Shown one piece after another: positions 28,997 to 37,245 of a stretch of DNA of 64,000 bases; the stretch's first letter is position 1, and the number at the start of each line of letters is the position of its first letter. A program made the translations under genes and the position numbers. The DNA is from a virus. Lineage: Duplodnaviria; Caudoviricetes. The notes beneath the pieces were generated by a model that was given only the letters and a program-made list of their open reading frames with translations, was not told where the DNA came from and ran no database searches. The stretch is taken from IMG/VR virus record IMGVR_UViG_3300035661_000004; one strand, given 5' to 3'.

Positions 28997-31008
28997 TGGC
29001 GCGGCGCAAGCTCAACGAGGCTGATGACGACATCGTCGTTCAGTCTCATAAGGTTGAAGTCCCGCTGCTCAAGACAACGTTCAATGATCCGCACATCAAG
29101 CAGATCATTGACCACGTCACCGGCGGCGACCCAGACAAGATTCAAGCGATCAAGGATGAGGTAGCTGAGCGCCTCAAGCAAATCGACTGTGTCGCTCAGA
29201 TTTCACCGGTGCTTTACGAAGCGGCGGCTGACAACATGATCGAGACGATCTTGTTTGACAAGTTCTGGGACCGCAAGGGCCCTCCGCCGAAAGAGAACAA
29301 GCCTCCTGAAGGCGAAGATGCAGCGCCAACGGAGGAAGAGCGGAAGAAGGGGGGCAAGAAGGACGTTGTCAGCGACAATCCCATCGAGGATAAGGACGTT
29401 GACATCGAGGAGATCATCCGTAGGTTGACCGTCTCGCCGCACTTTGTTAAGCGTGCGCCGCCGGTCAAGACGGCTCCAAAGTTCAGCCCGATCATCTTCA
29501 GCAAGTTGATTAGCAAGATCAAGGCTGAGTCCCGTTCGTTCTTCCCGTTGCGGAACATGATTGACTTCCACGTCATTCATCACCCCGAGATCAAGCTGGT
29601 CGGCGACGGCTTAAATGAGAAGAACGAGAAGCGCTTCGGCGGCATCGACACCGCTGCTGCTACCTCAGACGGCACGTTCATCTTCAACGTCAAGTTTTGC
29701 CAGAGCCTGATCGACTTCGCCCATCTGAAGCAGCTCAAGCCTAAGGATAACCGCTACGGCAAGAAGTACGTCTCCAACGGCGGCGAGATTCCTGACGAGT
29801 ATGAGTACATCGAGTTCCTGATTCGTCACGAGTTCATGCACTATACGTACTCGGACTTCCACTATCGGAAAGTGATTCCCGACGCGTCTAACATGCTGAT
29901 CAACTGGGTGGGCGACTTCCGCACCAACCACCGGCTCGTGCAGCAAGGTTTCACCCAGCTGCCGATGGGCTTGTTTAGCTCATATGTCAACTTCCACAAG
30001 CAAGGCTCGTACCAGGAGATGTACAACCTGGTCAAGAACGAGTTCGCTAAGCTGAAGGACAAGTGCAAGAAGGAGCTCGGCGACACGCTTGACCGGATGG
30101 GTGATGACCACTCTGAAGGGGGTAGCAACACCGACGGCACCGAGAAGGCCGCTGAACGCAAGCTGAAGCCCGAAGACGTTGACAAGTGGAACAAGAAGGT
30201 TAAGGATAAGCAGGCCGACGAGGATGACTCCCCGCCGCCTGACTACGAGAACAAGCCGCCTGAAGACCGCGCCGTGGGCAACTCAAAGGGCGAGAAGACT
30301 CCGATTGACTACACGCAAGCCAACCCACGTTACAAGTGGGACGCGCTGCTGAAGAAGATGATCGGCGAGACCACGTTCACGCTTGACCAGTCTTACCAAA
30401 AGGTCAGCCATCGAGCCATTGGCACGATGCAGCAGGTCATCAAGACAAACCGCGGCGCTATCAAGCCTGGTGATGTTAAGAACCCGAACAAGAAGAAGAT
30501 CAAGCTGGCTGTCATCATCGACTCGTCAGGCTCGATGTCCTATGTCATTCACACCGTCATGGCTAACTTGGACAAGCTGCTTGTCCAACGGCAAGGCCTG
30601 ACAGGCGTTCAGGACGACTTCTACCTCTTCATCTTCAGCGGCGACTACGACATCTATGAGTGCTCGCCTGGTAAGCATGGCCACGCCAACAACATCACCG
30701 ACATTGACAGCGGTAAGCCTGGCCCTCTAGGTAAGTCAAAGCTGCAACATGTGCTGTCGAATCACAAGTCCGGCGGTACAGTTTTCAGCTCAAGCCTCGC
30801 CAGCCAGATCAAAAAGCTGGCTTCTAGAGGGTATAATTGCCTTGTAGTCTCAGACGGTGATTTGCTGTGGGGTGAGAACCTAACCCACTTCCGCGACTTG
30901 TACAACTCGTACCGCAAGCATGTCTGGCTCCTCTTGGACAGCAAAGAGACCTTCTCGAAGTTTTGCACTACGATGAAGGAAATTTCCAACAACGCATCGC
31001 ACATGTGA
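28996..31008 (+). CDS. VWA-domain protein with N-terminal metallopeptidase-like (DUF2201-type) domain
   Basis: TAAATSDGTFIFN, LIRHEFMH (HExxH), C-terminal MIDAS VIIDSSGSMS...GGT...VVSDG; TAATG-coupled to the AAA gene. Confidence 0.85.
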   Translation: MARRKLNEADDDIVVQSHKVEVPLLKTTFNDPHIKQIIDHVTGGDPDKIQAIKDEVAERLKQIDCVAQISPVLYEAAADNMIETILFDKFWDRKGPPPKENKPPEGEDAAPTEEERKKGGKKDVVSDNPIEDKDVDIEEIIRRLTVSPHFVKRAPPVKTAPKFSPIIFSKLISKIKAESRSFFPLRNMIDFHVIHHPEIKLVGDGLNEKNEKRFGGIDTAAATSDGTFIFNVKFCQSLIDFAHLKQLKPKDNRYGKKYVSNGGEIPDEYEYIEFLIRHEFMHYTYSDFHYRKVIPDASNMLINWVGDFRTNHRLVQQGFTQLPMGLFSSYVNFHKQGSYQEMYNLVKNEFAKLKDKCKKELGDTLDRMGDDHSEGGSNTDGTEKAAERKLKPEDVDKWNKKVKDKQADEDDSPPPDYENKPPEDRAVGNSKGEKTPIDYTQANPRYKWDALLKKMIGETTFTLDQSYQKVSHRAIGTMQQVIKTNRGAIKPGDVKNPNKKKIKLAVIIDSSGSMSYVIHTVMANLDKLLVQRQGLTGVQDDFYLFIFSGDYDIYECSPGKHGHANNITDIDSGKPGPLGKSKLQHVLSNHKSGGTVFSSSLASQIKKLASRGYNCLVVSDGDLLWGENLTHFRDLYNSYRKHVWLLLDSKETFSKFCTTMKEISNNASHM

Positions 31009-31015
31009 GGACAGT

Positions 31016-31499
31016 ATGTCATTCAAAAAAGTTCCTGACCGAAGAGCCTGTTCCCCACTTTGACGGGTGGCAACAGCTTTATGACCATTCGTTGTCGTCG
31101 CTGAGCGACAACGCTGAGTTCACAGAGTACCTTGCAGCCGTTGAGCCGAAGCAATTCTTTCATGACCTGTGTGACTTCTTGGCCTCACATGCGCATGACC
31201 AAGCGTTCGTGACAGACGCCGTCGAGCTCGTGCACGAGCTCGACTCCGACTTCAAGCGCGTCAACCCGAAGCACGTCGCGGACTTGGGGCATGACAAGCT
31301 GACCGGGTTTGAAGGTTTCATCCGAAACATCGCCCGTGCACTCAAGGATCATGACGCGTCTGCTCAAAAGGTTGCGGCCTTGAAGGGAGCGATCATGTTT
31401 GTCTTGGGTCACCTCCCCGACCATAAGTACGGCCATGGCCGGCGCGCTCAACCACGCTGTCATTACGTACATGAAGCGAGACTTGGGCCTGACCACTGA
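31016..31499 (+). pseudogene. His-rich protein with MSFKKFLTE leader, broken by a +1 A in an A6 run (31025-31030)
   Basis: GAGG SD and ATG 31016 give MSFKKVPD...stop; removing one A gives MSFKKFLTEEP... in the long frame ending at 31499. Confidence 0.75.
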
Positions 31500-31563
31500 C
31501 CGTGGCGGGTTCAATGTCTGGGATTCACATTGACGTTTAATTTAACCGTTGAGCTATGCGGCC

Positions 31564-31569
31564 TAAATA
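31564..31569 (+). promoter_or_regulatory. Late promoter TAAATA 5 nt before the gp15 ATG
   Basis: TAAATAGCCGCATG, identical to the context at the terminase gene. Confidence 0.75.
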
Positions 31570-31574
31570 GCCGC

Positions 31575-32447
31575 ATGCTCAATAGCTACTACTACAATCA
31601 GCAGCTCAAGAAGGCGACCATCGTCTTCGCCAATATCTTCGCCAACATGCGTGTCCGCACAGGACAAAATGCGTGCGGCGAGATTGACGAGCTGGTAGTG
31701 CCGATCCGTTACGGCTCGTCGGATCGGGTAGCCGCGGCTATTGCGACGCGCAACACGCAAAACGCCTTGCACACTCTCCCGATCATGTCCTGCTACCTGA
31801 CCGGCATCGAGATGGCGCCTGAGCGTAAGCACGGTCACGGCACTCATGACCGTAAGTCATATCTCGAGCAGGGTGGCGTCTTTCCGCAGGATGTCAAGTT
31901 CATCAAGCGGACCATGCCGACGCCGTACAACCTGACCTACGAGCTGTCGATTTACGCCTCCAACACCGACCAGGCTTATCAGATCATCGAGCAGATTCTG
32001 ATCATCTTTGACTATGAGATGCAGGTTCAGTTCAATGACTCGCCGTTTGACTGGGCAAAGATCACGCGGGTCATCCTGGACTCCATCGGCAACGAGGAGA
32101 ACTACCCAGCAGGCACCGATCGTCGCATCATCGTCTGGAACCTCAGCTTCACCTTTGAGACTTGGATTAGCCCGCCAGCTGAAGTCAAGCAGGGCCTGAT
32201 CAACACGATTACGCTCAACTTTGCAAACATGGACAGCGAAGGTGGGACCAAGATCCTCGAAGTAGGTGAGGACGGCGAGCTAGCCCCGTTTGACCCCAAC
32301 CAACTCATCGGACAGGTGATCGTGCGTTCGGACATCGTTGACGGCGACATAGAATATCCTGATGACGTTCCGCACGCATCCCTAACTGAACACTACGACC
32401 CGAGCACCGATCCTGAGTGCCATGTCCAGCCACCTGCTAAGCCATGA
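31575..32447 (+). CDS. gp15: Tail sheath stabiliser / tail completion protein (T4 gp15-like)
   Basis: YYYNQQLKKATIVFANIF, VPIRYG, PTPYNLTYELSIY, QIIEQILIIF. Confidence 0.88.
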   Translation: MLNSYYYNQQLKKATIVFANIFANMRVRTGQNACGEIDELVVPIRYGSSDRVAAAIATRNTQNALHTLPIMSCYLTGIEMAPERKHGHGTHDRKSYLEQGGVFPQDVKFIKRTMPTPYNLTYELSIYASNTDQAYQIIEQILIIFDYEMQVQFNDSPFDWAKITRVILDSIGNEENYPAGTDRRIIVWNLSFTFETWISPPAEVKQGLINTITLNFANMDSEGGTKILEVGEDGELAPFDPNQLIGQVIVRSDIVDGDIEYPDDVPHASLTEHYDPSTDPECHVQPPAKP

Positions 32448-33166
32448 AGATCCGTGACCTGCTTGAAAAGCACATTGTGCGGGATGACCTGATCGTCTTC
32501 CTCGACGCGTTCGAGCACGAGCACAGTCATGGTGAGTTTCATTGCTTGCTGAAGGCTCTCGTTGAAGCCTTCAAGCTGAAGCATGTTCACATTTCCGAGA
32601 AAGATCTGTATGAGTTCTTTGCTCACAATGATTGGGACGGCTCAGGTGCTGACATCCACCCGAACGAAGTGGTTGAGGTGCTGAAGGATAAGTTCAACAT
32701 TGAATTTACCTATGACTTTGTCAATGGCATGGCTGAAGCTAAAACAGCTTTAGCAAAGGAGCTGCCCCTGATCGTGTCAATTCGTTGGTCTGACTCCTAT
32801 TACCTTGCTGCAAAAATCTTGCGTGACGGTAAGAGGAATGACAGCGATCATTGGTACTGGGCTCACTATCGCGAGCTAGGTGCTACGCAAGACATGGTTG
32901 AGAAGGTGAAGAACGGCATCATCCCGTTCCCAAACCAAGACATGCTTGATAATTCCGAGTATGAACCTACTACGCATGCTATCTTGTGTGTCGGCTATGA
33001 GGCGGGCGACGACTGTTTCATCGTGCGCGACTTCAACCCAGGTGATCCTGACTACAATGGCTTCTTCAAGATTGAGAGCCGTTTATTCTTTGATCCTCAG
33101 CTGCGGTCAGACAAGCGCATTGCGGTTGTAGAGGCTGTTATCTCGATTGACGTGGAACAACTGTGA
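32444..33166 (+). CDS. Papain-like (C39-like) peptidase with MKIRDLLE leader; paralog of the 22273 ORF
   Basis: HCLLKAL, ELPLIVSI, THAILCVGYE, FIVRD. Confidence 0.65.
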   Translation: MKIRDLLEKHIVRDDLIVFLDAFEHEHSHGEFHCLLKALVEAFKLKHVHISEKDLYEFFAHNDWDGSGADIHPNEVVEVLKDKFNIEFTYDFVNGMAEAKTALAKELPLIVSIRWSDSYYLAAKILRDGKRNDSDHWYWAHYRELGATQDMVEKVKNGIIPFPNQDMLDNSEYEPTTHAILCVGYEAGDDCFIVRDFNPGDPDYNGFFKIESRLFFDPQLRSDKRIAVVEAVISIDVEQL

Positions 33167-33380
33167 AGCTTGCTGAGGTGTTCGATTTTGAGATTCCGGC
33201 CTTCGGCATAGCTTGTTGAAGCTTCAACAGCTTGTCTTGGATGACCTGGATGATAGCGACAAGCTCGAGACAAAGCTTGTCACTGAAGACAAGGAGCTGA
33301 AGCTTCAAATCAAGTTTAAGCGAGACTACAAGCCTGACGAAGGCGAGAAGAAGTGGGCGAAGGCAAATTGTGATGCCTAG
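33163..33380 (+). pseudogene. Frameshifted LxLQQ-family gene (MKLAEVF... / LLKLQQLVLDDLDD...)
   Basis: GTGA-coupled GTG start; the family motif appears only after a frame change near 33205-33215. Confidence 0.6.
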
Positions 33381-33384
33381 TTGG

Positions 33385-33390
33385 TAAATA
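33385..33390 (+). promoter_or_regulatory. Late promoter TAAATA for the tail tube
   Basis: Intergenic, upstream of gp19. Confidence 0.75.
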
Positions 33391-33422
33391 TAGGGTAACA
33401 ACCCTTAAGGGAACCTAAACAA

Positions 33423-34016
33423 ATGGGAACGCTCTCACAAGTTGGTATCGCGGGCATCGGCACCGGTATCCTGCATCCAAAGCACAAGAACCGCTGGCGC
33501 GCTATCTTCTCAGGCCTGGGAGGCTCACTGGGCGCTCAAGCTGGCGTGCCTAATGACCTGTCAATGCAGGTTGTGACTTGGACTCGTCCAAGCCTCTCTT
33601 TCGAAGACATCCAGCTCGACCGCTATAACTCGCGCGCATACATCGCGGGTAAGCACAGCTTCGACTACTGCCAGATGACCGTCGAAGATGACGTCACAAA
33701 CAAGGCGGCAAACGCTGTACAGACGCAGCTGGAACGTCAGCAACGCTTGATCGGCGCTTCGGGCCCATGGCTGAACACCGAGGCAACCGCCTTCGGCTAC
33801 AAGTTCGGCATGATGCTTGAGATGCTAGATGGTAACGAAGCGGTCACCGAAACCTGGAAGTATGAAGGCTGCTTCTTGCAAGCCGTGGACTGGACGGATC
33901 TCGATGTCTCGACAGGTGAAAAGGTCATGATCAACCTGACCGTTCGTTTCGACCACGCTCGTCAAGTGCTGCTGCCTTCCGTCACCGGCTCGGCTATCGG
34001 CGGTCTGGTTCAGTAA
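33423..34016 (+). CDS. gp19: Tail tube protein (T4 gp19-like)
   Basis: HPKHKNRWRAIF, TRPSLSFEDI, YIAGKHSF, WKYEGCF, INLTVRFD. Confidence 0.85.
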   Translation: MGTLSQVGIAGIGTGILHPKHKNRWRAIFSGLGGSLGAQAGVPNDLSMQVVTWTRPSLSFEDIQLDRYNSRAYIAGKHSFDYCQMTVEDDVTNKAANAVQTQLERQQRLIGASGPWLNTEATAFGYKFGMMLEMLDGNEAVTETWKYEGCFLQAVDWTDLDVSTGEKVMINLTVRFDHARQVLLPSVTGSAIGGLVQ

Positions 34017-34022
34017 TAAGCC

Positions 34023-34317
34023 ATGGCTTATTCGACAGCTAATGTCGTCAAGCTGAAGATCAGGTATTTGGCTGACAATCAACCAGCAAAGCTGGTTGAA
34101 ATTGACTTCTCTGAAAGCCAATGCAGACGTTTCCGGCGGCGTGCAAGATTGGATCAAGCATGGCAGCTTTGACCATGTAAGCGCCAGAGATGAATTCATC
34201 GATGTTTACGTGACCAACAGCGATCTGAGTGGCTTGACTCTTCAGCAACTTGTAAACCAGCTAGCTGGTGCTGTATGCTTCTGGCGCCCGACCACCTACT
34301 GGTCGTACTACGATTAA
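34023..34317 (+). pseudogene. Frameshifted hypothetical gene downstream of the tail tube
   Basis: MAYSTANVVKLKIRYL...EIDFS joins LKANADVSGG...WSYYD* only with a frame change at the CTCT run near 34105-34110. Confidence 0.55.
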
Positions 34318-34347
34318 GCTCATCCACCACGTATGGGAGTGAGTAAC

Positions 34348-34381
34348 GAGGCCCCCGGCGCTGTGAAGCGCCGGGGGCCTC
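34348..34381. terminator. 15-bp perfect hairpin between convergent units
   Basis: GAGGCCCCCGGCGCT-GTGA-AGCGCCGGGGGCCTC. Confidence 0.75.
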
Positions 34382-34465
34382 AGTCTTTCGCAGGCCTAAA
34401 GTACTCTTGCAACCCACGCCTGACTCATACCATGCAGGGTAGCCTGAGCCTTCCCAGTGTTCTTG

Positions 34466-34585
34466 TCACCACTTTCGATGGTTGCTCTGAGCATGATCAT
34501 CCATCATCGAAGCGATGACGAACAGCGTGGGTACTCCTAAGCCTAGGCCTACGGCCCATACCCAGTACTTCAGCAGCTTGGTCAT
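34466..34585 (-). CDS. Small membrane protein (39 aa), possibly truncated by a TGA nonsense codon
   Basis: ATGA-coupled to the PEP-CTERM gene; MTKLLKYWVWAVGLGLGVPTLFVIAS; the frame continues QEHWEGSGYPAWYESGVGCK after the stop. Confidence 0.55.
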   Translation of the reverse strand: MTKLLKYWVWAVGLGLGVPTLFVIASMMDDHAQSNHRKW

Positions 34586-35076
34586 TGACGGCGACGGACG
34601 AAGGCGATTGCGCCGAGACCAGCAACCAGCAGCAAGTAGGCGCTCGGCTCGGGAACCGGCGTTGCAACGACGTTGCCGCCGTAGCTGGCATTCAAGCCGT
34701 GAGCTACGCCGTTGACATTCAGCAAGTAGTTACCTGCGGCCAACGTTGTGCTGCCGGCGAGCACTTGCGTGCTGATCGTGTAGCCTGGCCCTGTGCCGGT
34801 GACCGAGTTCAAGACCAGGTCAATGCCGTTGAGCGTTGCTGAGAAGTCCGTGATGTCGCCGAACTTGAAGCCGACGAAGTCGATCGCGACGTTTGTGACA
34901 GACGAGCCGACGATCGAGTTTGAAGCGAGGGTGAAGGTGTAGCTGTCGTGGAACTCGCCGGCCACGGTGTGGCTGAACGAAGAGCTCGGGTTCAACGTGC
35001 CCAGAGGGACGGGTGCTGCAGCAGCTGAGGCTGCAGCGAAGGCCGCGAGGGCCAGGGCTGTGAGGATATGTTTCAT
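34582..35076 (-). CDS. FxDxF-family PEP-CTERM protein (exosortase substrate)
   Basis: Signal peptide MKHILTALALAAFAAASAAA; FHDSYTFTL (FxDxF-type); YGGNVVATPVPEPSAYLLLVAGLGAIAFVRRRQ (PEP, TM helix, basic tail). Confidence 0.92.
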   Translation of the reverse strand: MKHILTALALAAFAAASAAAAPVPLGTLNPSSSFSHTVAGEFHDSYTFTLASNSIVGSSVTNVAIDFVGFKFGDITDFSATLNGIDLVLNSVTGTGPGYTISTQVLAGSTTLAAGNYLLNVNGVAHGLNASYGGNVVATPVPEPSAYLLLVAGLGAIAFVRRRQ

Positions 35077-35100
35077 GTACTGCTCCAAAAGGTACGGCCT

Positions 35101-35129
35101 ATTATACTATAAATGGAAGCTGATGTACA
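35101..35129 (-). promoter_or_regulatory. Sigma70-type promoter TGTACA-N17-TATAAT for the PEP-CTERM gene
   Basis: Exact 17-nt spacing, about 25 nt upstream of the ATG, with a GGAG SD. Confidence 0.75.
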
Positions 35130-35156
35130 CAGCTAACATGGCTAAATACACCACTT

Positions 35157-35972
35157 ATGATCCTCAATGAGCTTCACGGCTACAAGCAGTACCTGGACAA
35201 AGACTTCTACGAGTTGATGGACCAGCTCAAGCAGCATGCGTACATCAATGACACCGGCGCGTTTAGCGTAGTCGTCATTCCTAAAGCGGGCGACGCTGTG
35301 TACAAGGTCTGGACCAATGACCCTGGCTATGAAGCCTTCTACCGTGTCGCTAGCTCGATGCAGAGCAACGTCTTCGTTCCTAAGTTTGGCCGCATTCATC
35401 GTCTGCCGATCTTCTTCAAACGGCCAGACACCGTTGACGGCTTCCTTAAGATCGTCAAGATGGAACGCTTGACGCCGATGCCTAAGCGCTCCCCCGCCGC
35501 TCACGACTTCACAGGGGCCTTGACGGTATTTCTCAAGACGTTTGTTGCTACGAAGGTCTCGATCTCAGGCTTCACACCCGAACATGCGCATCGTGACGTA
35601 GAGATCTTCACTCATCGGATGAAGGACCCGTCACCTGAAGCAATAGCTGCCGCCAAGGTGCTTGACCACTTGCTAGCCTCATCTGCTGACCTGTTCAAGG
35701 TAGCCCAAGCTCTTCGGCAAGTGCTCTTCAACAATGAGGTTGACATCGACCTTGACCTCCATGCAAGCAACCTAATGCTGCGTGGGTCACAGCCGGTCAT
35801 CATTGACCCGTTCTGCATGTCCGATGACTATGAGGGCTATCAGAAGGGTAAGGGCATGCTCTATATGAGCCACCTCGACACCAACATTGACGCAATCAAT
35901 GACGCCGTGCAGCGCGGCAAATTTGCGTCAACTGCTATCAAGAGCGGGTCACGCCCCTCACTCAAGGACTAA
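35157..35972 (+). CDS. Ser/Thr protein kinase-like protein with MILNE leader
   Basis: TGAFSVV (Gly loop), VYKV, VFVPK, KMERL, DLHASNLM (catalytic loop), VIIDP; TAAATA at 35143-35148. Confidence 0.8.
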   Translation: MILNELHGYKQYLDKDFYELMDQLKQHAYINDTGAFSVVVIPKAGDAVYKVWTNDPGYEAFYRVASSMQSNVFVPKFGRIHRLPIFFKRPDTVDGFLKIVKMERLTPMPKRSPAAHDFTGALTVFLKTFVATKVSISGFTPEHAHRDVEIFTHRMKDPSPEAIAAAKVLDHLLASSADLFKVAQALRQVLFNNEVDIDLDLHASNLMLRGSQPVIIDPFCMSDDYEGYQKGKGMLYMSHLDTNIDAINDAVQRGKFASTAIKSGSRPSLKD

Positions 35973-35973
35973 C

Positions 35974-36429
35974 ATGTCATTCTACCTGCTGCTCGAGCTG
36001 CTCGAACCCAACAACAAAGCTGTGGAGGAGTCACGCCCCTTCATCGACAAGATCTGCAAGCTCCTCTTCAGGCAGGAGGGCGCGTACTCGTCAGGCAAGC
36101 ACTACGGCATCATCAACGCCGAGTCAACGCTGGAGGACAAGAACGGCAACATGCTGAAGCTGTCCTTTGACAACAGCAACTCTCAGTTTGAGTATGAGCT
36201 CAACTCCTTGACGCCGCTCGGTATCGAGAAGGACAGTGACGTAGTCAAGGAGCTGCTGCGCATGTATGACGAGCACAGCGTCTCTTCGAAGGCGAAGCTG
36301 AAGTTTGTCAGCAAGGGTAACGCATCGGTGCTGCGCGGTGTTAACTTCGGCAAGGTCGTAAATGAGAAGATCCTGCGCATGGTTCAGGACATGCTTGTGA
36401 TGCTTAGCCATGACTTCAAGCGCAAGTAA
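35974..36429 (+). CDS. Hypothetical protein with MSFYLLLELLE leader
   Basis: AAGGA SD, ATG 35974. Confidence 0.7.
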   Translation: MSFYLLLELLEPNNKAVEESRPFIDKICKLLFRQEGAYSSGKHYGIINAESTLEDKNGNMLKLSFDNSNSQFEYELNSLTPLGIEKDSDVVKELLRMYDEHSVSSKAKLKFVSKGNASVLRGVNFGKVVNEKILRMVQDMLVMLSHDFKRK

Positions 36430-36430
36430 C

Positions 36431-36942
36431 ATGCAGCTGTTAGAGCAGCAGCTTGTTGAAGCGCTTGATAAGCGGGCAATGCTGACCGCTCAAACTAAGC
36501 TTGACATGCTAGACCCAGCATTCAACGTTGCAATCACAAAGCACGGCTTAACAGTCACGTGCCAAGATGCATGCCAGCCGATCAAGTTTAGCGTCGCCTA
36601 GCTCAGCGATCCTAAGCTAGACGTTGCAGGCAAGCTTGCTGAACACGCTTACAGCAGAGCAGTTAACGCAACGGGGCGCGCCCGTAAGAAGCGTCGGGCT
36701 ATGTGGTACCTCGAGCGCGAAGATGGCCGGGGTACACAATCTACGGCACAGTCACCGCTGAGGGTGAGCCAGCATGCGCGATCATTGGCAGGCATGGCAG
36801 GCATAGAACCGTCCCTGACACCTCGGTCTTTGTCAAAGCCCTCATCTACTCCCCGACGCTGGTCAGCAAAGCTCTTGCTGACTTTGACAAGCTTGAGCTC
36901 AAGCTTGAAACGGATGACAAGCTAATCTATAAGACAGGCTGA
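36431..36942 (+). pseudogene. Doubly broken hypothetical gene (TAG at 36599-36601; frameshift near the G4 run 36729-36732)
   Basis: MQLLEQQLVE...FSVA*LSDPKLDV...LEREDG, then GYTIYGTV...LIYKTG* in the shifted frame. Confidence 0.6.
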
Positions 36943-36947
36943 GCCAG

Positions 36948-36976
36948 TTTACACGGGATTGAGCCCGTGATACTAT
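36948..36976 (+). promoter_or_regulatory. Early promoter TTTACA-N17-TACTAT
   Basis: Recurring early consensus. Confidence 0.75.
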
Positions 36977-36984
36977 TCTGATTC

Positions 36985-37213
36985 ATGACTACTGAGATAC
37001 TTAGCGACCGCATGCTGCTGCTTGATGTTCAAGCTCAGCTCATCACGCTAATGCCTGACTCGTACACCTTCAAGCTTGGCAAAAGCGAAAACGGCTCGCT
37101 CGAGCTCATCGTCTTGCATGAAGGCGAGCTGGCGCGGCCGAATTGACAACAACCCGTCTTCGGCTGACGAAAGCATCTTCATCCTGGTTGACGAGCTGAT
37201 CATCAACGGCTAA
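36985..37213 (+). pseudogene. Frameshifted small gene with LLLDVQAQLI motif
   Basis: MTTEILSDRMLLLDVQAQL...HEGEL continues as GRIDNNPSSADESIFILVDELIING* only after a frame change near 37130-37140. Confidence 0.5.
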
Positions 37214-37245
37214 TTCGTGTAGGGCCGTCGGCGTGTAAATAGCCG

